Shown here: piece by piece, positions 39,101-53,300 of the stretch
How the letters are laid out: the number at the start of each line of letters is the position of its first letter
How positions within the stretch are numbered: the stretch's first letter is position 1
Translations under genes and position numbers: made by a program
NCBI GenBank assembly: GCA_040954595.2
Contig: CM082597.2
Coordinates: 762,859 to 826,858, forward strand
Origin: Balanoglossus misakiensis
Lineage: Eukaryota > Animalia > Hemichordata
DNA: 64,000 bases
Direction of reading: 5' to 3'
The notes under the pieces: generated by a model
The model's input: only the letters and a program-made list of their open reading frames with translations
Database searches by the model: none
What the model was told of the DNA's origin: nothing

Positions 39101-41199
39101 CGTGAGACTGATGGCTTCATGCGAACGGAAGTACGAGGATGTGAGGTCATGTGAGGGTCATGAAAAAGGCCAATTGTTGTCGGTAATCACAAGAAGTCTT
39201 TCGGGGATGCAGTTAACTTGTCTCATGATCACGAGTTGAATTTGGGTCGAGTTGTAGCAACAGATGATTTGGCATTTTCCAGTGGGAGAAAATCCTAAAT
39301 GGATCATGACTGAAAGATAAAAAAGAACAACAGAATAATGATAAAACCTGGCGACCTTTGACCTCAATATTCAAAGCAAACATTGATACAGTATACAGCG
39401 TGGGCGTTAGCAGAAGGTTTATTTAAACGTTTGAAATGTTTTTACATTCGAGTTAGAAGCTATTGAAAGCGAAATAAGATTTGTGGTCAGTAATAAGCTC
39501 AAATCTAATGTCTGTTGCAAATTTTAAATTCTAGTAACGTTTGTTCTGGGCAGCATGTTATCCGATTATTGTAAAATAATTTTGTAGTCTGCGCATTATT
39601 CTACAGAGAAGAATAATTACTTGTTTGAATTGCAAGTTGTTTAATTCGGCATGACATTTCATTGGAAAGAAGTCCGACAAAACTGCCGAACACAGACCAG
39701 CATAAATTGTACATATTGATTGTTCAGTTGAGCTGGTCATTCAATCATTCCTCTGTTTGCTCTCAGTTAACGCGTATGGTACGATAATCAGTTGCCACGA
39801 CAACACGTCGAAATGAAAGTACTGTACGTTCATCATCCGCAAATATTTCGATTCTGAATCAAACACCACGGAATGTCGACGTTTAGCATTACGTGTATTG
39901 AGACAGGTTGGATTGTAATTGACGTGGGTGCGTGGTTTTGAATCCGCTTATCCACTCTCTAATGTGACCTCAGCTTGAGCATAGTCTGGGTTAGTTTAGC
40001 AGAGTCTCTTCAAGATGAAAATTTGACATTACAACTATTAAAACGTGATAACCGAACGTGAAGTGCCTATGTGAAGTGTCATCATGTGAAGCAGCTAGTT
40101 TGTCTGTATATACACCAGACAAAGTAACCTTTGTAAGGCGTACTGAACACATCTTGAAAACGTCGTGAAGATTTCTATGAAAATTTAAATAGTATATTTT
40201 ACCTGCCCTCGTCCATTGTAACGGCAACGTCAAATGTAAGCTCTGCATTTTATATCCACGTTTCATCTCTGTGCCCCTTCAGTATAATTCAATGAACGGG
40301 GTAGTGTTTTGAAGAACACGTCATCATGAAAGTTTATGTCTGTTCTTTTATGAGCACCTTCACGTATTTATGATCACCGTCATCAAAGCTTAGCTTCTCC
40401 ACCATTGTAATGGTGAACTTAACAATTTCACCACAATGTTTCAGTCCTTTATCCATTGTTTCCAATGGTAAGACTCTAGGATCTATGGCACAACTCGAAT
40501 ACACTCTGGTTTCAATAACTTCTGTTTGGCAGTTCTTAATTACCGACACAGTTGGCTGGGTGTATTCCTACCGTCTTGCGACACAAACAACTTACACATG
40601 TTTTCTGTGAGTTTCTCATTATCTTTCTCATCTGCAAAGTGGAATTGTGTGTGTCGCCAGTAAGTGTTTCCTTTATTATTCACGTGACACATCTGCTCAT
40701 GCGTAATTAGTGATTGTCACGCGTTCAGTAACAATTTCCGACACGATGCTGAATACAGCGAAATTCATTCTCATAATTGACGTAATTTTCGTCGTTCAGT
40801 CAGGAGACGGCGGAAAGTAGATGCCTTTCAATTCCTAGCGGTTATAACTGGTTGTTTTGTGACAATATTGTCTCAATGTGATGTGACTGCAATTCTATAG
40901 TCTTTGGCCATTTTAACAGTCGATAAAAATGAAACCAACTTTTAAATATGCACATGATTCGAGTTGTTGTTTCTGTAGATGGTGTGGTGATGAACATTGG
41001 TTTTAGAATGCCTCGTCTGGTTCGTGAATGTTGAATTTAGGTGTGTGGAATGCTTCATATCAGCGTGAGCAATTTCTCTGAGTGGTTTTCTTTGTTTACA
41101 CTTTGTCGGCAGAGATGCCACGCTTTTGCCGATGTAAGAAGTACTTGCTTGTTCTCATCTCACCTACATATGTTCCCATATTTATGGCAAGTCAGTCTT

Positions 41200-41452
41200 T
41201 TAAGTGAAGTGTAGGACTTAAAATCCAGAATACAAATTGTGGGTCGCTGTGCAATTTTCTCAAATTTGAAGTTGGCCGAGTGACCGCGCCATTCTATGGA
41301 GACAAAAATTAAAGTGGTGCTTTTTTTGTGAAGATGTTTTCTTCTTTGCTTTCAAAGAGAATCCTCTCAAGAATTTTAATATGTCAAAAGATTGAAAGCT
41401 TCGGAGAACTATCATTTTACTGAAAATTAATCCCTAGGTGCGTACTACCTTA
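41200..41452. repeat. Possible dispersed repeat / MITE remnant ending in ...gcgtactaccttaa
   Basis: TTAA-terminated end and an AT-rich non-coding body typical of non-autonomous DNA elements. No second full copy was verified in the window. Confidence 0.25.
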
Positions 41453-44400
41453 AGTGAAGCGAACGATAGACCTGGGATTATCCCACTAAGTGAAGTTTTC
41501 ATTATTTCAATCCTTTTTGAGCTATGGCTATCACAAAAGAAGCTGACAGAGTAATCTAGCCCACAGGGGTGTTGATATGATGGTATACGTATTTCTGAAG
41601 TCTTAACACGCAGCATTTCTCAATCCCTAGTTGTCGCATTAATAACTGTGGGTGTTAGACTTGTTAGCAATGTCTTGGATAATGACAGCAAGAGATTAGC
41701 CAGGCTGTTCGACCTTCACGCGTCCTTTTTGATATCATAGTACACAACGTTCGCCTACAACGGCTTCAGTTGGAACACCTTCATGTATCCGAAATAATCA
41801 TGTTGAGGCAGATTTATCCTCATCGAAGTGTGCCCCCAAGTGGCGAACCTTCAATTTCTGTCTTATTCTTTTGGCACTGAGAGAAATAAATTGTAACGTC
41901 GGATAACAATTAGCCATGTTGGATGCCGCGGTAGTCAAGACATTATCATATTTGTAATCCATAATGACTCTTTAGAGATAGGTAAAGCTTGGTATTACCT
42001 GCAGAGTTTTATCTGTCCTATTTTGAAGTGTTGATGCAATTTTGTTGCCAAAAGTAAATGGCATATCACACTGATGTTTGTAATGTGATCATAATTAAAG
42101 TGATACTGTCCATTTGTGGTGGAAACGTCGATTGACATTGTCCAGTTCTGATGAAAACTACACCGAATATAAGCTTAGCGTTCTTGGGGTCATTCCACAC
42201 AGGTGCTAGGCTACCCTTTGATCCCGCGCGTTAAAATCTCATTAATTATGATGTGTTAATAGCCCCACGTTTGACAAGGATACGAAGGACAAAGAGCGAC
42301 GGTATAGTCTGACCTGAACACAGGTGCGGTTAGAATATTTGCTGGTACATCCATCAGTGGCCTGGTCAATCATGAAGCTAATATGGATTGATTTACATAC
42401 TTCGTAGACCGTAACAGTCTACCACAGCTTAAATTATTCCTGCGGCAAAATTCATTTCGCTCGTTGCAGAACCACACGTATTTATTAGCTTGGGTACTTA
42501 GTTCCATCATGAGGGAAAAGCAGAGACCGAACTTAGCAACACATTTATGCTTCGTCGGTCATTTGCTGTTGAGTGGTACTTCTAATCTAGCATCGCAATG
42601 GGCAATTTGACAAAAAGGGTATGGTTACGAAAACGCACGTTCGAAGACTGTATTTTGTAAGATGAGAGATGAATTGGAACCTGGCAGTTTCGACAGCACC
42701 ACTGGAGGGCTTGTGTGACCTCTGGACCTTGCTTTCCCGTACGAAACTGCAAATATCCATGTCTAGAAATAACAAGAAAACACAACAGTGCATTCTTTGT
42801 CTTGTTGATTTGTGAGCGAAATAAATTTGCAGATTCAGCACCAAATGTTGTTTTTCTCTTCACCAAAAAAACTCAGATGTGGCGCAATGACTGATGATGA
42901 TGACACACATAGAAAGTTCTATTGCGATAAATTTAGAAATAACCTCATTAAATTCGAAAGTGTTCTTAGATATTTCTGTTGTTTACTTCGGGTCCTCCAA
43001 GCTCAGTGACCCTTCAAATGACCCCTGTGTTCCGCACACGTAAGCTAACTGCTGAGCACACGAAGGGGATGTGGGGACCACATAGAGGTGTACATGTAAT
43101 TACAGTTCTTGCCTGGCAGGTCACTGTGTTCTGGCACTTTTGGTCGGTTTTGGCCAATTTGTATTGAAACGTACAGACGAGATGCTTTACTTTTCTATGT
43201 GACCAGAAAAGTGCTTGGGTCAGTTTCTATCAACAGAGAGGGCTTTGTCCTCCATGTTTGTGTTTCAGAAACAAGTGTCTCGTTGTTTGCGGTGACTCGG
43301 TCGTGAATAACGGCCGGATTTTGGTCCTTTGAACGCACTGGCTATTGACAATGTTGAATGACATTTTATCTGTTCATCATTCTTCACGGGAGTAGGTCGA
43401 CATATCACCCGGACGGTTTTTCTTTCACATTGCTTCAAATATTATCACCACCTCCTTGTGGTCAATTGCAGACAAGGATCAATTGTAGTGGCCACTCCAG
43501 TTTATTTGCATAGCCCATTTTGAAGTTCATGAATGGGGTTGCTGAAAGTCCTTGAATGCGAACACCCCCCCCCCCCCCAGTTCATCTCTTGGGGATTAGA
43601 TAGTGTCAATCGTGCATTTGGGGAATTTGGATAACATCATTTGAACTGAACTGTACAGCATAACCTTGAATGACCTACTTAGATTATCCCAGGGAGTGTT
43701 GTAATGTAATATATGACAAGCGGTCAAAATGGATATGCCCTCACAGCTTAGTGGCTGAAAGATCGCCAAGCCCTGGTGCGCTCCCATCGCAGCCAGACGA
43801 TCACGTGTGTCTGCCTAATCAGTGTGTAAACTGTGTATACACTCGCCATCAAGAACGACTGTTTAATACTTCACTAATGCAGTGAAAAAGAATCAATATT
43901 CTACACGCATGGCTGGACGCTGTGCACTCGCAAGCATGCAAGCGAAATAGTTAATACATCTATCAGTGTGTTGATAAGCTGGGCCGTAAGATGATCATAA
44001 AGATTTTAACGGCATGCAGTTGTGAACTTGATTGACTGGTCGGGTGTGGGAAAGATATTTGTCGAACAGAATGAGGTTATACCAGGGACCCAAAAGCCAT
44101 GCGGTTGCAATTAAACCCGGTCATGTCAGCATGGGACGAAGTCGAGAGAAATCGAATATATCAGTATTACTAACCATTCAACGAGCTGATATTCGTTGAT
44201 TTTACGTGCTTTATTTCGCCCACGGTTTAAACGTCAAATGGCAAATTGCCAGCGTGTTTATCTCCGATGGCGCTTATTTCAATGGGTTCACGACCTGTTA
44301 GTAGAGGCCTTTAGTAAAGCAGGCTGTCGTCAATTGATTTGAGGTCAAAGACTTTGTTAATATTTAAACGGGGGACGCCTGCTTGCGTTATCAGAGGCCT

Positions 44401-45071
44401 CGTTAGCTTTTCACAAAGGAAGTAAATAAAATTGTTATGGAAACGTTGCATAATGTTTGTAACTTGTGTCTGTTTAAAAATTAAAGCGTATTGTTGTGTC
44501 AATTAAATCTCTCTTGTGATGCGGGTCTAGGTTACAGCGTCGCCACGGCAACGGGGTGGGTAGAACGGGGTCTGGCGCGCGCTGTAAAGAGGGGCGCTTT
44601 GAATAGAGAACGCACGTGTATTGTATTTATAGCCGACCATAGCTGACTGCTTCAATATGATGGAGCTTTTGTAAAGGCTGAGCGGATATAGGAGTGACAC
44701 GTCACATCGTTGAGACATCACCTGTCCCGGGTTCATACATGTGATCTCGCGCTAATCGCGGACGGCACGCTTCAGAATTTGGGCAATTGTTTTTTTCGGC
44801 CAGGGCTGGCTTCTGTGCAGTGGTCCGGTGGTTATTGATTTTTGGTCTGCATTCCGCCGTTCCCCGAGTCGACACGTGTGTAAGCCGCGCGAATCGAGAA
44901 TCATCAGATATAAATAACATACATTACGGGTTTAAAGTTGAGCATACCGCGACTGCGTGAACATTAGACGCCATATTGTTATTTTAGGAGAGTTTCGGAA
45001 TCAGTCTGTGGTCATAATTCTTACGCGGATGACCCGGGGAACGTAGTACGTGTACACAACAGACGGGAAGA

Positions 45072-48000
45072 ATGGAGGCTGAACAGAATTATCTCCGGAA
45101 GAGCGCAAGCCAGGTGAAGGAAATTCCATTGTTTTCGGAACAGATGGCCGAGTTGTTCAACCAACAGAAAACAAGCGACGTATGCCTGCTTATCGATCAG
45201 ATTCAGTACTATGTCCATAAAAACATATTGTCGCGGGTCAGTCCGGTGTTTCGGAATCTGTTTGCCGAGGAAAGCGATGACGATGGCGGCGATGATGGCA
45301 CGGTAGTGCAGCTGACTGAGACAGACGATTGCCTGGTTGTTTTTCCTGTCTTCTTGAGGTATTTCTACTGTGGTCCGACTTCGCTGTCATTGAATGCTCT
45401 GAATGTCGTCCAGCTTCTGATTTTAGCGACCAAGTACGAAGTCGACCAACTGAGGAAACAGTGCCTTGATTGGATGCTGACATATCTAGATACTGCCACG
45501 GACAGTGGTGAGTTTGAACTTGACGTTGTTTTCGATTGGGCTTTGCATGGCTATATTCGAGAAGATATCGAACCTCAACACCTTCGTAAAAAATGCCTTG
45601 ATATACTAAAATTACACATGGATGACGTCATCAACTCGGCGAAGTGGGCCGATCTCCCGTTGGAATATATTATGATCCTCCTTCAAGACGATGACCTTAG
45701 AGTTAGCGACGAGTACATGCTGTTCCAAGCAGTCGAAAATTGGCTTCTAGGAAACGGTCGCAAGCGGGCGCAGTCGAAGAACCTCTCTCCTGTGCTGCAA
45801 CTTGTTAGATTCCCGATGATGACGTCAGACGATCTCTCCCTGATCCAGGAAACTTCTATCCTGTATGCAGAGAACAAAGACGAATTTCAAAAACACTTGG
45901 AAGACGCACGCCGGTTTCATTGTCTGAAAATCACGGAGAGCAGGAACGAGATCTCGCGGCACGTGATAGGCAACTACACGCGCAAGTACTGCAAGCGAAA
46001 GTACACGGGCACTCATGATCTTACTGCGGACCTATCAAAATCAAGCTATGACGACGAAAAGGAAACCGATGTTGCCATAGCAGCCGAGCTCTTATCCAAT
46101 GGATTTGAAGTCTCTGTGTATCACCTCCATGAACGAAGTGACACTGAAACCTCGGCACCAAGAGTGACCGAGATGCCGAAAATTGTGAGTCCAAAAAGAG
46201 GGATTCTGAAAAAGAACATGGTAGAACGTTCAAAATCAGAAAGTTGCATAGATGCTTTCCGCGAAGCAAACACCAACGACACCGAAGAAGTTCCGAGTGA
46301 TACCGACCTGGATTTTTTGAAATCATACGACAACGTTGAATTGTCTGACATCGACAACCTTTCATCGGAGAAAGAGGGCACTGTAGATTTCGAGATTGAT
46401 ATGGATCCTGTGAAAGCAATTTCAAACGACGCGTCTGTACAGCGATCGGAGAACGCCGATGACAGTGGAGAGGAGGGGAGGGTGTCAGACTCACGTCAGT
46501 CGACGTCACCCGTGTGTGTAGTTCAAATCGACGGTTCTGAGCACCTCTCAGATAATGACGTCACTGTGGACGAACACAGCGAACGAATGAGCGTCCAAGA
46601 TGTTTCGAAAACAAAGAAGACGAGTTCACAGAAGACAGCTGACACACAGACTGATCTCTCGCTGCTAGACAAAGAAGTGTACTTCGATGAGCAAGAAGAC
46701 GCAAAACGGGGAAATGCTGTCAATGTCCGGCGAATCGTGCGCAGTCGCCCCGAACGAGAAAACACCGCCAGTGTCAGAGGCGAGGACGAACCATCAGCAG
46801 ACGACAAAAACAGCTTCGAAGCAGAGAGGATTCATGTTGAGCCACGTGGAGATGGCGAGGTGGACCACGTGATCGACGAACAGATCTCTGCGACAAAAAT
46901 GAACCGTTCAGATGCAGCGACGGACTCTGACAGACCTGAATCTAAGAGCGAGACGCAACCACCCTTGCTTTCACAACAGAAGAATAACTTTGTCGCAAGA
47001 GCCGACAAAATGACTGAAACTGATATACCCATAAGCCCAGAACATAAGGATGTATGCACAAGTTGTCACGAGAACTCCATCATGCAAGTAGATTTCAGAA
47101 TCTTAAATACTGACAAGGCAACCATTGTTATGGATTGCTCCAGAAACAATGAAATAGTTCTGGAAATACAAAAAGTAAACAAGGGAACAATGACTGAAGT
47201 TCTGAACCCGAAAGAATCGAAAGGCACGTCTGTCTGCGAAAATTGTTTCAAAATTGGGAGTCATCGATCTCGAACGGCTCACACAAAGTCCACGCATAAA
47301 CTGCCAAGAAGTGCCCCGGTGTCAGAGGTCAAGGAGCCTCTTCCTCGTACGGTGAACATTCCATTTTTGCACGGCGGCATCGAGGCAGAAGTTCGCCCCC
47401 TCGCGGCAGTTGAGCCTTATCCTCGAGGCCTGGCCAAGTCAAAAGGCGAAGAAGAATGTTCTGAACCACACCTGCCGTTTATCGAAGAAAAGACCAACGG
47501 TAGTGCGCTGGTGGCAAACGATTACGAGGTTGCCGATATTACTGCTCATGCGCCTTTCTTTCGACGTATATCCGAGAGTGGATCTACTGATGGCGCTGGT
47601 GAAATCACCATGGAAACCGAAAAGGATAATTTAACACCTGATAATTGGCCAAGTATCTCGGAAGACAAGTCTGGATCGTCTTTGCATTCTGGTGCACCAC
47701 AGTTTGACCGAAACAAAATCGAGACAAGATTGACAGCATCGCCAGAAATTCTACCCGGACTCAATCACAGCCTTTGTAAGGAGAGTGGTATTCGATACGA
47801 CCAGGGACTCCAACAGGTTGTTTTCGTCCCGGAAGATTCGAGCGTTCTGGCAAGGACGATGATGCGCGTCAACGACGGGAATTACCTGAAAAGCATCAGA
47901 GAAGAAATTGAAGTAACAGACGGTGACATCTGCCATGACAAAGGAGAAGATGACGTCATATTGGCCGAAGCAGACGACCAACAAGATGGCGGTGACGCAA

Positions 48001-49182
48001 GTAACGAAAACAACAACACATCCTGCAGTCAGGAACCGGAAGCACAAAGCACGAACGACAATCTTCCCGCCAAGTTACTGTACTCTGAGATACTCAAGAA
48101 GCACACCGGAAAAGAATTGCACCATTTTCAAGAGGGTGACGATCCAAAAGTGTCTACTGGAAAAAATGATGGGCAATCGACTGAAGCAGACGACAATTAC
48201 ACATACTTTGAAAAACCAAGCGAATCTGGAAAGGGATCCACCATACGCCTTGGATCGGAAGACTCCAGAAACAATAATGACGTCATCTCGGAAAGTCAGA
48301 CTTGTTTTCAAACTTCGAGGCCTGACAGGGACGATGAGGTATTCGTCGAAGCTACAAGCACAGCTCACGTGACATTCCGTTGGAATGGTGACTGTAGGGC
48401 GGCTAGTGTAGCTGGAGACTTTACATCATGGGAGGAAAAGCCTATGGAATACGATGAAAAGTAAGTAAAGGTTGCTATTCATTCAATAGTGAAGATGCAC
48501 GTTTCTCTCAATACCAAGAAAATCTCGAACCCTGTTTTTGAAAAAATACAACCTAACACCCTGTTTTCTTGCATTGTTATTTTTCACAGAAATGGGTGTT
48601 TTGTCTGTACATTGGACCTAGCAGACGGTGAACACCATTACAAATACTTCATCGATGGTGAATGGAAACTCAAAGCCGATGAAGTAAGTTGACTTCTTAT
48701 TTTGAATAAGCCAAAACCTCACGTGCCAACAGAAGGCCAAAACTTGCGACTGTTTGGCTTTCACTCCAGCCAGACAAGGGCACGGTCTGTGTGTGAAAGT
48801 GTCAAAACAGTCATGTCTTTATAAAGGAGGAGTGTCGTCCGAACTGCACATGTGCGACTTTTCGCTGTTCATGGGACCCAGCCCACCAACACATGTTATA
48901 TCGAAGTAAATTGTAAACGTTAAAATGTAACGAAGTCTTGTTTGTCGTGATGTACAGAGTGATACAAAGTAACCGCCGCATTCTTTATTATGATGTACAA
49001 TGTAGCCAGTTACACTTTGCGCCTACTCTGATACGCTGGCACAATCAGCCGCAGACGATACAACACACACGCTGATTCGTCTATTTTCATTGTAGGATGA
49101 CGTTCAAGGACCGTACGGACCCAATCACGTTGTTCGAATTAAACATGGAAAGCAGGTCACACAAACAGCCAGCCCATGTTGA
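45072..49182 (+). CDS. BTB-BACK (BTBD17-like) protein with long acidic disordered linker and C-terminal AMPK-beta-type CBM48 domain, ~1189 aa, 3 exons (paralog A)
   Basis: Exons 45072-48460, 48590-48683, 49096-49182 (GT-AG, phases 2 and 0). BTB: SDVCLLID..HKNILSRVSPVF..ETDDC..FLRYFYCG..LATKYEV. BACK: W.DL..ILLQDDDL..DEYMLFQAVENW..VRFPMM. CBM48: HVTFRWNG..SVAGDFTSW..PM..F..TLDLADGEHHYKYFIDGEW..GPNHVVRI. Confidence 0.92.
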
Positions 49183-50365
49183 TATATGATGCTGCACGAA
49201 CCCAGTTGACCTCAGATTGACCCTTCGGCTGGGGTACGAACAGCTGTGGAGGCATAAATAGAAGCTATGAATGTACCAGCTTTTAAAGTGTGACCTGTTT
49301 ATGGCGGGACTGTGAGTCTGTCTACTCAAGGAGGCAATACAATTGTAAACAAAAGTAAAGTTAATGCTAATACTCGTCATATTTACACTGCATATATATT
49401 TACCAAGTAAGACATTTTGTTAAAAGTATATATTTATCAGAACTATCGTGTGTGTGTTCATACATAAGTGACAAGAACTATGCAAAGTCAAAGTCTCTAT
49501 TATTCTTATCAGTTGTTCCTTGTTATAAATCTGCAAATGGATGTATTGGAAACAACCTTGTAAGTTTCTGTTTCTATAATTGATTTTCATTTATTTTCAA
49601 TGATTTCCCGTGTTTCCATGTTTTGTTTTATTTTCATCATACTCTGTTGTTCTTTCTGCCTCCCACCGTTATCAATATGTGTGTCCATTACAGCTTGATT
49701 GATTTTATATCAGGAGTATAGTCATATGTATATCTGTATAATCCACCCGGACTACCTTAATACACTTCTCATATATTGTGGTGCTCATTATGCATTAACA
49801 GTACTGATAAATAAATAATCGTAAAATCTGATGGTTGATATGTTTATATTTACCTAAAACAACTATGGGTCGAAGCTTTAAAAATCAAAATGAAATCGAC
49901 GCGGATTGATGTCTCTGGCGCAAATCGCATCTGGGCAAGTTGCCAAGGCCTCGACAGTTGCCATGGTAAGCTTACTAACACAGAAGTAAAAGGTAAGCCT
50001 CGTATTCCAACAAGACACACCAACTTTAAGTTTTTCACAGAAAGTTTAAGTGTGTTGAGTGATCGAGTTTTGGTATTTTTCGGCCACATCTTCAGAACAG
50101 AAACTAGTAACATTAACCCGCGCAAACAGATTAATCATTTAATGACTTCGACGTGGAGATTGAACAGAAACTGCCTCTGCTTCTGAGTATTGGCGGCCAT
50201 ATTGGGTTTTCCTCGAACCACACCAGAGCTCAAAGGTCTTAATCGTCCTATTTGTGCATTCGCACACGCTCATAACGCTATTGGCCGGCCAACAGGACAC
50301 AGCGCATTCAACGAGTCGGCTGAGGTGAGATTATTTGCGGTGCAGGTGTAGATATTTCGACGTCG

Positions 50366-53300
50366 ATGCACAAAAGTCTACTGACGATGGAGACTAAAGT
50401 TTGCAACACTCACCTCATGGTTGAAACCATGGCCGGTCTATTCAACCAGCCACAGTGGAGCGACCTCTGCGTTGTTATCGGCGACGAGGAATTTCGTCTT
50501 CACAAATTCGTCCTGGGATCGCACAGCCAGGCTTTTCGAGAACTTTTGAATCCTGATCACGCCCGTAAAGGCGATGACCTTTTCCATTACACCAAGGAAT
50601 CCAACTATCCCTCAGAATGCGTGGAAATCTTCCCGGATTTCTTACGTTATTTCTACACAGGGGAGATAGTGTTGTCACCAGGTAACGTCTTGCAAGTGTA
50701 TGCTCTGGCGATGAAGTTCCAAGTTGGGGTGCTCAGCTATGAATGTAGAGAGTTTGTTGAAAGCTGCCTCAGTGGCAACAAGCTCTCCATTGATGGATAC
50801 GTAGAATGGTACCTGTTGCTCCCTCGCCTGCTCGAACTCGATGGTGATCTAAAGTGGGTTAAAGATAGCCTCTTTGATATCTTCAAAGCCGAGTTTTATA
50901 GACTCGTGCAAACCGAAAGCTTCCTAAAGCTGGGTCGACAAGACGTGGATCATCTGATCATGGAGTCTGATGTGAAGGCTGGAAATGAGTACAGTCTGTT
51001 CAAAGGTGTAGAAAAATGGTACGAATCAAACCCAGACGACATGTCAACATTTCCAGACGTCATGGGGTACATCCGCTTCCCGTTAATGACAGTGGACGAA
51101 CTAGATGAAATCCAGGTAAGTTTTGCCTAAAAATCATTCACCCGGAGACTTCACGTGTGATTTTGACTCCTATTTTTAATTTTAATAGATATTCTACAAT
51201 AAATGAAATATGTCTTTAGAGGTTTCTGTGCTATGCCCTTGCTGTATAGTGACCCCCATATTCAAATTAGGAGAACGAGACAAAAACATTCACAATGTAT
51301 ACATTGTGAGGTCACATGGGCAGTTTTGCTGGGTACAGATCGATGCTTGTAATTGTGAACAAGGGGCGTTTCTCGAATCAAAGTTTGAACCATGACCCCA
51401 AAACTTCAGTTGATTGATAGGACAGTTGATTGATGTTATTTATTTTATTGACCCCACACTTTAAGTTTACATATGCGTTCTCAAATGATTCAAATTGGTC
51501 TGGCTACTGCGACATGGTTTTTGTCATCTCACAGAAAACTTAACATTTTCCATTTTATTCCCAACAGGTAAATTCAATGCTGTATTCCAAATTCCAAAAC
51601 CACTTCAGCAAATACCTTCTGGAAGCCTATAGGTACCTCACTGCTGGCCACAAACATATGTCCGCCAGCAATATAAGGTATGAGCCACGACATTACTTGA
51701 TGAGTCAGCATGGTGAATCTACTACACCAGAGAACACAAATCTGAATGAATCTCACGAGAAAGACAGACAAGGAGAAATACATGATAAAGACATAAATTA
51801 TGAAGAGCAGCCACAAGCACATTATGAAGATGAGATGAGTGACAGAGACTTGCCCTCAGAACTCGGTGTACAGAGAAACACCTGTGATGCTGCTTCACAA
51901 GCCCCGTATGTCCGGACCTTAACAGACCAGGAGACACAAACGACAGACATGGATGAAAAATGTGTCAAAAATCAAATTGGCACACAGACAGATACTGGTA
52001 CAGATAGTCTCCATGCATCCGACGACGACCAAGATAAACCATCTAATCCTGATGAAAAGGAAGATTCCGACGACCATGAAGCTGAGAGTGATAGTGGTGA
52101 TGATGGTGTAAATGAAAAGGGCGGCCATGGTACAGATAGTCTCCATGCTTCCGACGACGACCAAGATAAACCACCTGTTCCTGATGAAAAGAAAGATTCA
52201 GGCGACAATGAAGCTGAGGGTGATAGTCGTGATGATGGTGTAACTAAAAATGGCAGCCATGATACAGATAGTCTCCATGCTTCCGACGACGACCAAGATA
52301 AACCACCTGTTCCTGATGAAAAGAAAGATTCAGGCGACAATGAAGCTGAGGGTGATAGTCGTGATGATGGTGTAACTAAAAATGGCAGCCATGATACAGA
52401 TAGTCTCCATGCTTCCGACGACGACCAAGATAAACCACCTGTTCCTGATGAAAAGAAAGATTCAGACGACCATGAAGCTGGGGGTGGGAGTCGTGATGAT
52501 GGTGTAAATCAAAATGGCAGCCATGATACAGATAGTCTCCATGCTTCTGACGACGGCCAAGATAAACCACCTGTTCCTGCTGAAAAGAAAGATTCAGACG
52601 ACCATGAAGCTGGGGGTGGGAGTCGTGATGATGGTGTAAATCAAAATGGCAGCCATGATACAGATAGTCTCCATGCTTCTGACGACGGCCAAGATAAACC
52701 ACCTGTTCCTGCTGAAAAGAAAGATTCAGACGACCATGAAGCTGGGGATGGGAGTCGTGATGATGGTGTAAATCAAAATGGCAGCCATGATACAGATAGT
52801 CTCCATGCTTCTGACGACGGCCAAGATAAACCACCTGTTCCTGCTGAAAAGAAAGATTCAGACGACCATGAAGCTGGGGGTGGGAGTCGTGATGATGGTG
52901 TAAATCAAAATAGCAGCCATGATACAGATAGTCTCCATGCTTCCGACGACGACCAAGATAAACCACCTGTTCCTGATGAAAAGAAAGATTCAGACGACCA
53001 TGAAGCTGGGGGTGGGAGTCGTGATGATGGTGTAAATCAAAATGGCAGCCATGATACAGATAGTCTCCATGCTTCTGACGACGGCCAAGATAAACCACCT
53101 GTTCCTGCTGAAAAGAAAGATTCAGACGACCATGAAGCTGGGGGTGGGAGTCGTGATGATGGTGTAAATCAAAATAGCAGCCATGATACAGATAGTCTCC
53201 ATGCTTCTGACGACGGCCAAGATAAACCACCTGTTCCTGCTGAAAAGAAAGATTCAGACGACCATGAAGCTGGGGGTGGGAGTCGTGATGATGGTGTAAA

